This document shows positions 1-10,261 of a stretch of DNA of 64,000 nt, piece after piece; position 1 is the stretch's first letter, and every line of letters starts with the position of its first letter. Position numbers and translations under genes: made by a program. The stretch covers positions 992,001 through 1,056,000 of the forward strand of contig CAVWUU010000004.1 of the NCBI GenBank assembly GCA_963758295.1, read 5' to 3'. This DNA is from Candidatus Eremiobacteria bacterium (GTDB lineage Bacteria; Vulcanimicrobiota; Vulcanimicrobiia; Vulcanimicrobiales; Vulcanimicrobiaceae). The notes beneath the pieces were generated by a model that had not been told where the DNA came from, made no database searches, and saw nothing but the letters and a program-made list of their open reading frames with translations.

Positions 1-994
1 AATGTACCGCGGAACCGTCAACACGTCGCGCTCGCGGAGCAATCGCGCCATTTCGACGACGGCGGATGCCGGAAGGCTCGGGCCGATCCGAATGCAGTAT
101 TTCCAGTAGCTGTGCTGGGCGTTCTCTGCGACGAAGGGCGTCACGATTTCTTCGATGCCTGAGAGACGCTCGGTGAGCAACGCGGCCAGGTCGCGGCGGC
201 GCTGCACGATCGCTTCCAATTTCTCCAATTGCGCCGCGGCAACGCTGCCGCACAGCTCCGACATGCGGTAGTTGAGCGCGAGGAAATAGTGATCGGGCTG
301 CGGATCGCCGTAGCCCCATGCCTTATTGATAAACAAATACATCCGGCGCGCCAGCGCGTCGTCGTTAGTAACGACGATTCCGCCCTCGCCGGTCGTGATA
401 TGTTTGCCCTGCTGCAGGCTGAAACAGCCGATTTCGCCGGCCGTGCCGACGTACCGGCCGTTGTACGCTGGCCAAAAACGCCTGCGCGCAATCTTCGATC
501 ACCGGAATTCCGCGTTCGTTCGCCAACGCGACGATCTCATCGACGGCGCACGGATTGCCGAACAAATGGGTGATGACGATCGCCTTGGTTCGGTCGCTGA
601 TTTTCGCAGCAACGGTTTCAGGCGTCACGTTGCACGTTACAGGGTCCACGTCGGCAAAAACCGGGACGGCGCCCTGATAGAGAATGGGCGCAAGCGCACC
701 CATGTCGGTGATCGACGTGGTGATGATTTCGTCGCCCGGTTCGGGATCGATGGCGGCGATCGCGCAATGAACGGCCGCGCTGCCCGACGCGCACGCATAC
801 GCGTGCTTCACCCCAAGCATATGCGCAAAACGCTTCTCGAGCGCCGTAACGAAGGAGCCTTTCGTGCTCGTCAGCGTTCCGCTGCGAAGCGCTGCAGTTA
901 CGGCGGCGATCTCTTCATCACCAAGCGTTCTGCCGGAGGCATCTTGATCCGAGGGAAGGGAACGACGGGACACAAGCGGGGAAGTCGTGGTCAT
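1..994 (-). CDS. DegT/DnrJ/EryC1/StrS PLP-dependent sugar aminotransferase (3' end runs off window; +1 frameshift near 469)
   Basis: SGSAAVH, THLFGNP and EDCAQA motifs. Removing one base at ~469 continues as ATYNGRYVGTAGEIGCFSLQQGKHITTGEGG (PLP lysine motif). Confidence 0.9.
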
Positions 995-1005
995 TGTGTG
1001 CTCTT

Positions 1006-1935
1006 TCATCCAATCTGGCTGTGACGGCGATGTTGCAGTCGACGAGTGAAAAAAGTGCCGGCTTGCCCCGCAAAAATCGCGAGACTGGTGTATTGAACGA
1101 CGATGGTAGCTGCGGTGCCCGCTGCTAGAACCGCCGGGCTTACGCGAAGCAATAGCAATACGGCGACGACGATCGGTAAGAGTCCCGGGAAAAGCCCCGG
1201 CACTGCGAGCCAAAGCGATGGCCGGTACTCGAAGGCCATCCGCATGGTCGCCCACATTTGTTTGAACATGCGCCCTGGGCGTAGCCGCCCGGGAGCGGCA
1301 CGCCGCTCCGAACTCCACTTCAATGTTGCCGGCACCTCGACAACGAGGAAATTCTTGCGCAAACCATCGAGGAGCATCTCAGCGATCGAGTCCATGCGGT
1401 TGCTCTCGAACTGAAGCTGCTTTAGCGCGCTCACACGGAACGCGCGTACCATACAGGTGAAGGTCGCGTATTTCCCAGCCGCCGCAAAGGATAGCAGCCG
1501 GTTTGCTTCGCGGCTCAATACGCGTCTTACCAGGGGAACGTTCTTGACCGAGCCGCCACGCATGTAGGCTGAGGCCAGTGCGATATCGGCCTGCTGGCGC
1601 TCCAGCGCTTCGAGCAATTCCATTCCGGTAGTCGGCGAATAGCTCATGTCGGCATCGAGCACGATGGCATACTCGGTGTCCACTTCGTGGAACGCCGTCC
1701 GCAGTGCCGCTCCCAAGCCTTGATTGCCATCGTGCCGAACGACGCGGACATTCTCGCGCCAACGCGCAAACGTTTGTGCGAGAGCGTACGTCTCGTCGGA
1801 ACTGCCGTCGTCGACGATTAGATATTTGAACTCGTAATCGTGATGGACGGAGTAGTGATCGGCAAGCGTAACAAGGCTGCTTGCAAAGGTGGCGCCTTCG
1901 TTGTACGCCGGAATGATGACGGTAACGCCAGTCAC
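1006..1935 (-). CDS. GT2 glycosyltransferase (DPM-synthase-like) with C-terminal TM helices
   Basis: IPAYNE, VDDGSSD, NQGLGAA and DADMSY motifs. Confidence 0.9.
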   Translation of the reverse strand: MTGVTVIIPAYNEGATFASSLVTLADHYSVHHDYEFKYLIVDDGSSDETYALAQTFARWRENVRVVRHDGNQGLGAALRTAFHEVDTEYAIVLDADMSYSPTTGMELLEALERQQADIALASAYMRGGSVKNVPLVRRVLSREANRLLSFAAAGKYATFTCMVRAFRVSALKQLQFESNRMDSIAEMLLDGLRKNFLVVEVPATLKWSSERRAAPGRLRPGRMFKQMWATMRMAFEYRPSLWLAVPGLFPGLLPIVVAVLLLLRVSPAVLAAGTAATIVVQYTSLAIFAGQAGTFFTRRLQHRRHSQIG

Positions 1936-4067
1936 ACCCTACCCCCCGCCAGCGGCTGCGACGAAGTCGCGAAGTAATCTGAGTAGTCGTTGACACGCAA
2001 CGTGTCTTTGTTGACCACCATTCCGAGCACGTTGTCGATGCCGAGCGAAGAAAGCTGCGAAACGGCGTAACGCGCTTCTTTCTCGTCCGTGTTGCTCGTG
2101 ACGACGAAGATTGCGCCGTCCACTTGCGTAGCGATCAGCAAACCATCTGAAACGGCGCCAAGAGGCGGCGCGTCGACGATGACCATCGTGTAGTCGCCCT
2201 GCACCTTTGCAAGAAGCTCGGAAAGATGCGATTGCAGCAGGGTAACCGGATTCGTCACTTCGGCGCCCGCAGTCAGCACGTCGAGCGACGGGGATGCATG
2301 CTGCACCGCTTCTTGAACCGGCATCGTGCCCGAGAGCACGTCACCTAGCCCAATGGTGTTCGGACAATCGGTCTTTTCGTGCAGGCTCGGGCGGCGCAAA
2401 TCGGCGTCGACCAGGAGGACGCGGGGCTCAAGCGTGGCCATCGCTTTCGCGAGGTGATATGCCACGGTGGATTTTCCGTCGCCTCGACATGCGCTCACGA
2501 CGGCGAGCGTCTTCAACGGCCGCTTGTTCTTCAGCCGCAGCGTGATGCATAGATGCAAAAACGACTCTACGGTCATGGACTGCACCCATGGGAGCATCCG
2601 CCGATTCGGCGTGTTGAAGGCGGGAATGCGGCCAATTACCGGCAGACCGAGACGGCCTTCGAAGCTTTCACGATCGGTCCGTTGTTCGATCAGCTCGAGA
2701 ACGAAGACCACGCCGAGTGAGAGCAACAAGCCCACAACGAGCGCAATTGCCAGATTCAATACGAGGCTCGGACGCCGGATCGCGCTATCAGCGCTGGCCG
2801 GCTGCACGACGAAGATATCGCTCAAGGCAGTGGTTTTGGCAATCAGCGCATCGCTATATTTCTGCGCGAGAGCGTCGTAGATGTTTTGGGCGCGCTTCGC
2901 TTCTTCGCTCAGGGTCGCGTATTGCATCACCTGGCCTGGCAGCGCGCGAACCGTTGGGCGATACGCCTTCTTCTCAGCCCGCAGCGCCTGCAAGTCACCG
3001 TTGTCGCCTTGAATGCGCGCTTGATAATTTGCCGCCTGCTGCTGCAACGATTGATAGATCGGATTCGGGCCGAGTGTCGTGCGGCTGATGACAGAGGACG
3101 GCAGCGCGGCAATTTGCGATAGCAGCGTCTTGCGCTGTTCTTTTAGTGAAATAACAGCCGGATGAGCCGGAGTGTAAACTTGCTCGGCTTCCGAGAGCTG
3201 CGTTTCGACTTCCGCAAGCTTCTCTTGTAAGTTTGCGGCAACCGGGTTGGCCGCAACTTCTTTTGAGTTATCAACCGTCGGGGACATGGAAGCCATTTGG
3301 GACTGCACGCTTACCAGTAGCGACCTGGCTTCGTTCGAATCGACGTTGAGCTGATCCGTCTTCTGATCGATGGCGGACATTCGCGAAACGATATCGGCTT
3401 CGTGCGCTTGAGCGTCGATATATCCATGATCTGACTGGAACTGTGCCAGGGCGTTGGACGTGTCACGCATGTGCTGCTCGGCACGCGGTATTTCTTTTGA
3501 AAGGTAAGCCAGCGCAGCCACGGCTTCCGATCGAACGAACTCGCGCTCTTGATCGACGAAAGTGTCGGCAAAGGTGTTTGCGATCCGTGCCGATTCGTCC
3601 GCCGTCTTCCATGAGATGCTCAAGTTCAGCAACGAGGTATTGACCGTAGGTTTCACGCTTACGCGCGAAAGCAGATCTTGCGGCGTCGTCTTCAGACCAA
3701 GGTTTGTGATCACTTTGGCAGCGAGGTCGCGCTGCTGCGCGAGCTGGGCAAACGTCTCGGCCGACTGCTCGCCATTCTGAAGTACCAATGCGTTTAGAAT
3801 CGGAAGTGCCGTGTCGGGTCCGCCGGGCGCAGCATCCGTACCCGGGCGGCCGGCCATTAAGCGCACCGACGTCGTGTATGACTTCGGCGTAAGCATCGTC
3901 GCGATTCCCACGATCGCAACAAAGGCAAGCGTAACACCGGCGAACGTACGCCAACGCTTGCGAATCATCGTCCAGATTCGTATGATATCGCGAGCATCGC
4001 TTGATTGGCGATGCGGCGATTCGTCACGCGCCAGTGTTCCGTTGGCGAGCGGTGCTAAATTCGACAT
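1932..4067 (-). CDS. wzc: Wzc/GumC-type polysaccharide co-polymerase with BY-kinase domain
   Basis: Two TM helices flanking a coiled coil; Walker A GDGKST, LVDADLRRP, VDAPP; short C-terminal DYSDY. Confidence 0.88.
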   Translation of the reverse strand: MSNLAPLANGTLARDESPHRQSSDARDIIRIWTMIRKRWRTFAGVTLAFVAIVGIATMLTPKSYTTSVRLMAGRPGTDAAPGGPDTALPILNALVLQNGEQSAETFAQLAQQRDLAAKVITNLGLKTTPQDLLSRVSVKPTVNTSLLNLSISWKTADESARIANTFADTFVDQEREFVRSEAVAALAYLSKEIPRAEQHMRDTSNALAQFQSDHGYIDAQAHEADIVSRMSAIDQKTDQLNVDSNEARSLLVSVQSQMASMSPTVDNSKEVAANPVAANLQEKLAEVETQLSEAEQVYTPAHPAVISLKEQRKTLLSQIAALPSSVISRTTLGPNPIYQSLQQQAANYQARIQGDNGDLQALRAEKKAYRPTVRALPGQVMQYATLSEEAKRAQNIYDALAQKYSDALIAKTTALSDIFVVQPASADSAIRRPSLVLNLAIALVVGLLLSLGVVFVLELIEQRTDRESFEGRLGLPVIGRIPAFNTPNRRMLPWVQSMTVESFLHLCITLRLKNKRPLKTLAVVSACRGDGKSTVAYHLAKAMATLEPRVLLVDADLRRPSLHEKTDCPNTIGLGDVLSGTMPVQEAVQHASPSLDVLTAGAEVTNPVTLLQSHLSELLAKVQGDYTMVIVDAPPLGAVSDGLLIATQVDGAIFVVTSNTDEKEARYAVSQLSSLGIDNVLGMVVNKDTLRVNDYSDYFATSSQPLAGGRV

Positions 4068-4130
4068 CTCTGTGCCGTCAATAGTACGTTACCGGCGCGG
4101 CCGAAATAAGGACTGCACTGCTCACAGGCC

Positions 4131-4195
4131 GGGACCTTTGAAGGAGGGACTTGAGCCCCGTAGTCCATGGTCACCGCTCGTGGGACTAACGCCTC
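4131..4195. promoter_or_regulatory. DosR/NarL-like 14-bp boxes in divergent wzc/sugar-transferase promoter
   Basis: GGGAC-TTGA-GCCCC (4146-4159), GGGAC-TAAC-GCCTC (4182-4195), half site GGGAC-CTTT (4131). Confidence 0.6.
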
Positions 4196-4234
4196 TCCGG
4201 TGCCTGCCTACTGCAAGCGTATCATCATCAACAC

Positions 4235-5675
4235 ATGTCGACGCGCATCATAGAGCGACCGGCGCCGCATAAACCGACGATTGTCAAGAGCGCACCTAGA
4301 ATGCACTCTCGGAGTTGGATTGCCGTGCTGTTCGTAAGCGACGTACTGTGCTTCCTAGTCGCTTCGGGCCTCGGCGCGCTCATTGGCTTTCACCATTGGG
4401 ACTCGCAAAGGATCGTTGGGCACTTGCTCGTTGCCGAAGGCATTTTCGTAGCTCTGTGGGTAGTGGTGTTCGATCGGCTCGGCCTCTACCGCCGCACCTA
4501 CGCGCTTTCGATGAAGGACGAGCTGTACTACACGACGGCTGCCCTGATTCTCGGGACGATTCCTCAGCTTGTCTTGTTCACGATTTATCCGGGAATCTCA
4601 ACGTCGCGCGTCGCGCTGCTCTACGGGATGCTCTTCTCCATCCTTATGGTTGGCGCGTCACGAAGCGTGCTGCATCGCTTACGCAATAGTAAGGTGTTCA
4701 ACCGGCATCGCCGCACGTGCGTCATAGGTACGGCTGCACGCGTATCGTCCGCCGTGCAAAGCCTCGACCTTCCCGACGATTCCGAGACGCTGTTGCTAGT
4801 CGTGGACGACATCGACGAGTCGGTCGCGCAGATCGACTTGACGCGCGACGCGGATCTCAGCACCATCGAATGGTTCAAGCAAGCACGCGACTGGGGTTGT
4901 GACGTCCTCATCCTCACCGAGATCGTACCACCGCACCTGGTCGCGCATCTGATTGAGGTCTCGGCGCGCGTTCATATTCGGCTTGCTTTCGCGCCTCCCC
5001 GAATTGCGCGCTACGCCTACGACCTGTCGCTGCAAATGGACGGCCGGCAAGCGCTTATCGTACCGATTCGGCTGCGCGCTTGTACGCCGCGCGCGCAACT
5101 CTTCAAGCGGTGGATGGACATAGCTTTCGCAAGCTTGGCTCTTTTACTCGCGGCGCCGGTGATGGCGATAGCCGCCATTGCCGTTTATCTGGATTCGGGA
5201 TGGCCGGTAATTTTTTGCGCAAGAGCGCGTTGGAGCGGGCGGCCGGCTCTTCAATATTTATAAATTCCGATCCATGCGCCTGGGTGCTGAAGACGAAGGC
5301 GGGGCGGTGTGGGCGACTAAGGACGATCCGCGAAAAACACGCATAGGCACGTTTCTCCGCCGCTTCAGCATCGACGAACTGCCGCAGCTCTTCAATGTTC
5401 TGCGCGGGAATATGTCACTGGTCGGACCGAGGCCGGAGCGCCCCGTCTTCGTCGACTTGTTCCGCACGACGCTTGCGCGCTACGATGAGCGGCATTTGGT
5501 GGCACCGGGCATCACCGGCTGGTCCCAAGTACACATGAAGCGCGTTCTCGAGACGTCGGCTGCCGGCGAAAAACTCGAGTACGACCTGCAGTACGTTGAG
5601 AACTGGTCGCTCTTCCTCGACATCTCGGTCCTTTTTCAAACGCTCTGCGAATTTTTGTTTCACCGAGCCGCCTGA
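4235..5675 (+). CDS. Initiating undecaprenyl-phosphate sugar-1-P transferase (WcaJ/WbaP type); extra T in homopolymer at ~5211-5216
   Basis: N-terminal TMs; KRWMDI, (Q)ERVG..F.IYKFRSM, DELPQLFNVLRGNMSLVGPRPE, PGITGWSQV after removing one T. Confidence 0.9.
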
Positions 5676-5676
5676 G

Positions 5677-6792
5677 ATGTCTGCACGCGTTCGGGTTTTA
5701 CACATTCTACCGTCGATCGAAGGGTACGGCGCCGAACGGCAGGTGGTTGAGTTGCTGCAGCGGCTGTCGTCACCCGACGTTGACGCTCGGCTAATGACGA
5801 TCTACGAGCCGTCGAAGGACGCAGCGGCGAGGCTTCCGTTTCCAATAAATCACGCAGGGCGAAAAAACCGGCGAGACTACTTCTTTCTAGGGCGGCTCGT
5901 TCGCGGCATCCGTGAGACCAAGCCGGATATCGTTCACACGCACACGCACGTCGGAAAATACTGGGGCCGCTTTGCCGCGATTCTCGCCGGGGTCCCTTAC
6001 ATCGTCCACACCGAGCACATCCCGTGCAATCCGAAACATTCGAGCCTGGAACGAATCGCGGATCTAGCCTTACATCCCGCAACCGCACGAATCGTGACGT
6101 TCTTTCGCGAACAAGCAGAGTCACTAAGCCGCGTGGAACGGCTACCCCGCGAAAAGGTCGCCATCATCCCCAACGGTCTGACGCTGCCCGAATCTCCGCC
6201 TGCCGAACGCGTCGCCGGACGGAAACTGCTGGGCGTCGTGCGCGATCAGTTTGCGATCGTCGTTATCGGTCGTATGGAATTCCAGAAAAACCAAATTCTC
6301 GCGTTGCGGGCTTTGGCTGCAATGGGGCCGGAATTGCGCAAAACCGTAATGATGTACTTCATCGGCGCCGGCGAAGATGAAATTTTGTTGCGCGGGCTTT
6401 CCCGTGCGTTGCAGATCGACGAAAACGTCCGATTCTTGGGCTTCCGCAAAGACGTGCCCGAGCTGCTTGCCGGCGCGGACCTTGTTCTAATGACGTCCTG
6501 GTTCGAAGGCATGCCGCTTACACTTATCGAGGCGATGATCGCCGGCGTTCCAATCGTCAGCACCCCGTGGGTGGGCGCCCGCAATATGCTCGGCGACGGG
6601 CGCTTCGGGTTCATTACGCCCGATTATGAACCGGCTCGCGTTGCTTCCGAAATCGAACGCGCCCTTATGCGCCCGATCGTTCGTAAAGAAATCGCGCAAC
6701 GTGCCCAGCAACATGTCTATGCCGAATACGGAATCGGCCGAATGGTTGATTCGCATCGCAAACTCTACCTGCAATTGCAAGGTGCGCGATGA
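5677..6792 (+). CDS. GT4 glycosyltransferase
   Basis: GYGAERQ, IPNG, GRMEFQKN, EGMPLTLIEAM (EX7E). Confidence 0.9.
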   Translation: MSARVRVLHILPSIEGYGAERQVVELLQRLSSPDVDARLMTIYEPSKDAAARLPFPINHAGRKNRRDYFFLGRLVRGIRETKPDIVHTHTHVGKYWGRFAAILAGVPYIVHTEHIPCNPKHSSLERIADLALHPATARIVTFFREQAESLSRVERLPREKVAIIPNGLTLPESPPAERVAGRKLLGVVRDQFAIVVIGRMEFQKNQILALRALAAMGPELRKTVMMYFIGAGEDEILLRGLSRALQIDENVRFLGFRKDVPELLAGADLVLMTSWFEGMPLTLIEAMIAGVPIVSTPWVGARNMLGDGRFGFITPDYEPARVASEIERALMRPIVRKEIAQRAQQHVYAEYGIGRMVDSHRKLYLQLQGAR

Positions 6793-8001
6793 TTGCGCGG
6801 CGCCTTCTCGTCGTCGCGTCTCGATTTCCGTACGGAACCCAAGAGTCGTATCTGCTCACGGAATTGGGCGAGCTCGTAAAATATTTCGACCGCATCGCCG
6901 TTGTGCCGATGCGTCAGCCTGAGGGACCCGTACGCTTTCAAGCTCCCGACGGCGTGGAAGTGCTTCACTGGCCCCTTATCAATGCCGAACTGCTCCGACG
7001 CGCGGCGTCCGCATTCAAAACACATCCGTCGCTCGCATCGCTTGCCGTCTCGCAAGTTCTCCGTTCGCGCGATCCGGGCCGCGCAAAGAATTTTGCCGTT
7101 ATCGTCAAAGGCTTAGCGCTCGCCGATTGGGCGATGGAGCACAAGTTCGATCACATCCACGCGTATTGGCTCTCGACACCTGCAACGATGGCTTTCATCG
7201 CTGCGACAACGAGCGGCATTCCCTGGAGTTCCACGGCGCACCGCTGGGATATTTACGAACGCAATGCCTTCGATGTGAAAGAACGCACGGCCGCCTTCGT
7301 CAGAACTATCTCTTCGCGTGGAACCGCTGATATCGAAAAGCGCATGCCCGCGCTCGCCGACCGTGTCCTGCAACTGCGGCTCGGTACAAACGTGCCACCA
7401 AAGCTCGAAGCACCGGCCCCCCTCGATCGTACGTTCCGCATCGTTTGTCCGGCAGCGCTCGTGCCGGTTAAGGGACACGTCGATCTCTTTGCGGCCCTAT
7501 GCCGTCTTCGAGCACGGGCGAATCACCGTACGCTGTACGGTTGCCGGAATGGGTCCTTTGCGGGAACAACTGGAGAAATTAGCGTGCGACCTCGGCATCG
7601 CCGATTCAATCGAGTTCGCCGGGTATGTTCCCCAAACGCAACTGCATCAGTGGTACCGCGAAGGGCGCTTCGCAGCGATGGTGCTTGCAAGCCGGTCGGC
7701 CGGCGAAAAATCGATGGAAGGCCTGCCGTCGGCGCTCATGGAGGCGATGGCGTTCGGAGTTCCGATTGTTGCAACCGATTCCGGAAGCGTCAGCGAGCTT
7801 ATCGACAATGCCTGGGGCCGTCTCGTGCAAGCCGGGTCGCCCGCAGCGCTGGAAGAGGCGCTTTTCGAGGTCTATCGCGATCCTGAGGGCGCGCGCGCCC
7901 GCGCAAAACGCGCTTACGACGTAGTCGCAAGCCAACACGACGTTCGCATTCAAATGCGAACGTTCGCTGCCGTTCTTTGCGGCGAAAGGAGCATGACGTG
8001 A
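6789..8001 (+). CDS. GT4 glycosyltransferase (WcaL-like); +1 frameshift near 7519
   Basis: HIHAYW, STAHRWDIY, LVPVKGH in first frame; EGLPSALMEAMAFGVP in second frame. Confidence 0.85.
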
Positions 8002-9275
8002 ATATCGCCGTCATCGGTTTGGGATACATCGGTTTGCCGACCGCCGCACTGTTCGCGCAACATGGGCACCGCGTGTACGGTTATGATGTCAATCCGCACG
8101 TACGTCGCACGCTGCAAAGCGGGGACGTGCAGGCGGGCGAAGAGCCGGTGCGCCACGCCGTCGAGCAAGCGATAGCGAGCGGGCACTTCTTCGTCCTCGA
8201 TCGCGTGCCCACAGCACAGGCTTATATCTTGTGCCTTCCCACGCCGACGCACGAAGGAAAGCCGGTGCTTGAGTACGTGGAAACGGCGGCCGCCGAAGTT
8301 GCTATCGTCGCGGAACCAGGCGCAATCGTCGTCTTGGAATCGACCGTTCCCCCGGGCACCACCGATAGGATCTTTGAGCGAGCGTTTGCGGAAGCCGGAA
8401 AAAACATCGACGACTATCACGTTGCGCATTGCCCCGAACGCGTCATTCCGGGAGCTATCATTCAGGAACTTGAGAACAACGCACGGGTCGTCGGCGGCCG
8501 CACGCCGGCCGACGCTGCCGTCGTCGCGGCGCTGTACGCATCGTTCTGTCACGGAGAAATTTCCTTAACGACGACGGCGGTTGCCGAGTTCGTAAAGGTG
8601 GTAGAAAACACGTTTCGCGACGTCAACATCGCATTCGCCAACGAACTCGCGGTCTTTGCTGAAGAGCTTGGCGTCGACGTTTGGGAAAGCATTGCGCTTG
8701 CGAACGCTCACCCGCGTGTGAATATTTTGAATCCTGGACCAGGCGTCGGCGGTCATTGCATCCCGGTGGATCCGCTGTTTCTTGCCGATGCGAATCCGCT
8801 CGTTACGGAGTTGATTCAATCGGCACGACGCGTGAACGAACGCATGCCCTATCGAATCGTCCGGCGGATCTCGGAACTCGTCGAGCCGGCTCAAGGGCGG
8901 AAGATTGCCATTTTGGGGGCTGCTTATAAGGCCGACGTCGACGATGCGCGTGAAAGTCCCGCGGTTCGCATCGACCATCTGCTTCGCGAACATCGCTACA
9001 CGACGGCGATTTACGACCCGTTGGTACAGCACTTTGCACGCCCGCTTGCGCAAACGCTTGAAGAAGCTGTAACCGGCTCCGATGCGGTGGTTCTTGTAAC
9101 GCCGCACTCCCAGTTCCGCGCAATTGACCCGGCGGAAGTGGCGTCACTAATGCGTGCGCCTCGCCTTGTTGACACGCGTAACTTCTTCGATGCGGCAACG
9201 TGGCAACACGCGGGCTTCGAAACCTACTTTCTGGGACGCCCGTTTAAGAAACGGTTGGCTAGGGCAGTGGCATGA
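7998..9275 (+). CDS. wecC: UDP-N-acetylhexosamine 6-dehydrogenase (WecC/WbpO family)
   Basis: GLGYIGLPTA, ESTVPPGTT, CPERVIPG, KVVENTFRDVNIA, PGPGVGGHCIPVDP; GTG start overlapping upstream stop. Confidence 0.9.
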   Translation: MNIAVIGLGYIGLPTAALFAQHGHRVYGYDVNPHVRRTLQSGDVQAGEEPVRHAVEQAIASGHFFVLDRVPTAQAYILCLPTPTHEGKPVLEYVETAAAEVAIVAEPGAIVVLESTVPPGTTDRIFERAFAEAGKNIDDYHVAHCPERVIPGAIIQELENNARVVGGRTPADAAVVAALYASFCHGEISLTTTAVAEFVKVVENTFRDVNIAFANELAVFAEELGVDVWESIALANAHPRVNILNPGPGVGGHCIPVDPLFLADANPLVTELIQSARRVNERMPYRIVRRISELVEPAQGRKIAILGAAYKADVDDARESPAVRIDHLLREHRYTTAIYDPLVQHFARPLAQTLEEAVTGSDAVVLVTPHSQFRAIDPAEVASLMRAPRLVDTRNFFDAATWQHAGFETYFLGRPFKKRLARAVA

Positions 9276-10261
9276 CGACGCTGCGCCGCTTTGCCTTAGG
9301 ATTCCCTGTAACATCGTGGTCCCACCGGCGCGGCTACTCCCTTGAGAGTGTCGCGACGCCGGGCAAAGGTCCTTACTACGTTCAATGGGATCCCGGCAGC
9401 GGCGTTTATGGCGAAGATTGGACCGGAGCGCCGCGCGATCGCAACGGCGTTTTGCTGAGCGGCGGGAATCTTGGGCAGTACCATCCGATCCGAATAGCGC
9501 AGTTTGCACTGCATCGGTTCCAGATCTGGAATGTAACGAGAGATCCGCAAGCGCGAGCCGACGTACTGGCCCAAGCGGATTGGCTGCGAGACAAGCAGCA
9601 GCTCTCCGGTGTTCGGGGCATTTACAAGTTCGAGTTTCCGTGGCGCAAATATGGCGCCTTCGGCGAGTGGTCGTCGGCAATGGCTCAAGGCGAGGCGATT
9701 TCCGTGCTCCTGAGGGCCCACACCCTCGAACCGTACAGCGGTTACGACGAAGGCGCTTCACGCGCTGCATTACCCTTTCGACGCGATATACGCGAGGGTG
9801 GCGTCGTCTGGAAAGACGGCGACGACGTCTTTTTTGAAGAGATCGCCAACGAACATGCGCCGCATGTCCTGAACGGCTGCATCTTCGCGCTCTGGGGACT
9901 GTGGGAGCTTTGGAAAACCACTGGCGACTCATGGCAAGGTTCGCTCGTAGAGCGGTGCGTCGATACGCTGGAACGCCGGCTGCCGGCCTATGATACCGGG
10001 TGGTGGACGCTCTATAGTCTCATGCGATCCGCGTCCGGCATACCGCACGTGGCGACGCTGAAATACCATCAGTTTCACGTCGCACAGATGCACGTGCTTG
10101 CGCGGATGTTCGGTCGCGCGGCTTTCGAGGACGCGGCAAAACGTTGGACGCAATACGCAAACCAGCGGACGTGCCGGTCGCGCCTTGTCGCCGCAACGAT
10201 GCGCAGCCTTCCCGACCGCTTTCTCGGGCGCGATACGGTGGTCGGGGGCGCGCACACGTGA
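9272..10261 (+). CDS. D-glucuronyl C5-epimerase family protein (C5-epim_C)
   Basis: YHPIRIAQFAL, WSSAMAQGEAISVL, FEE, HVLNG, YDTGWWTLY, YHQFHVAQM match the Glce C-terminal barrel motifs. Confidence 0.8.
   Translation: MTTLRRFALGFPVTSWSHRRGYSLESVATPGKGPYYVQWDPGSGVYGEDWTGAPRDRNGVLLSGGNLGQYHPIRIAQFALHRFQIWNVTRDPQARADVLAQADWLRDKQQLSGVRGIYKFEFPWRKYGAFGEWSSAMAQGEAISVLLRAHTLEPYSGYDEGASRAALPFRRDIREGGVVWKDGDDVFFEEIANEHAPHVLNGCIFALWGLWELWKTTGDSWQGSLVERCVDTLERRLPAYDTGWWTLYSLMRSASGIPHVATLKYHQFHVAQMHVLARMFGRAAFEDAAKRWTQYANQRTCRSRLVAATMRSLPDRFLGRDTVVGGAHT

Noticed and set aside
5205..5220. Programmed frameshift/phase-variable tract in initiating transferase
   Set aside because: Only T6, and many other non-homopolymer indels nearby point to sequence error.
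9272..10261. True sulfated heparin biosynthesis
   Set aside because: No sulfotransferase or PAPS synthesis genes are visible in the window.
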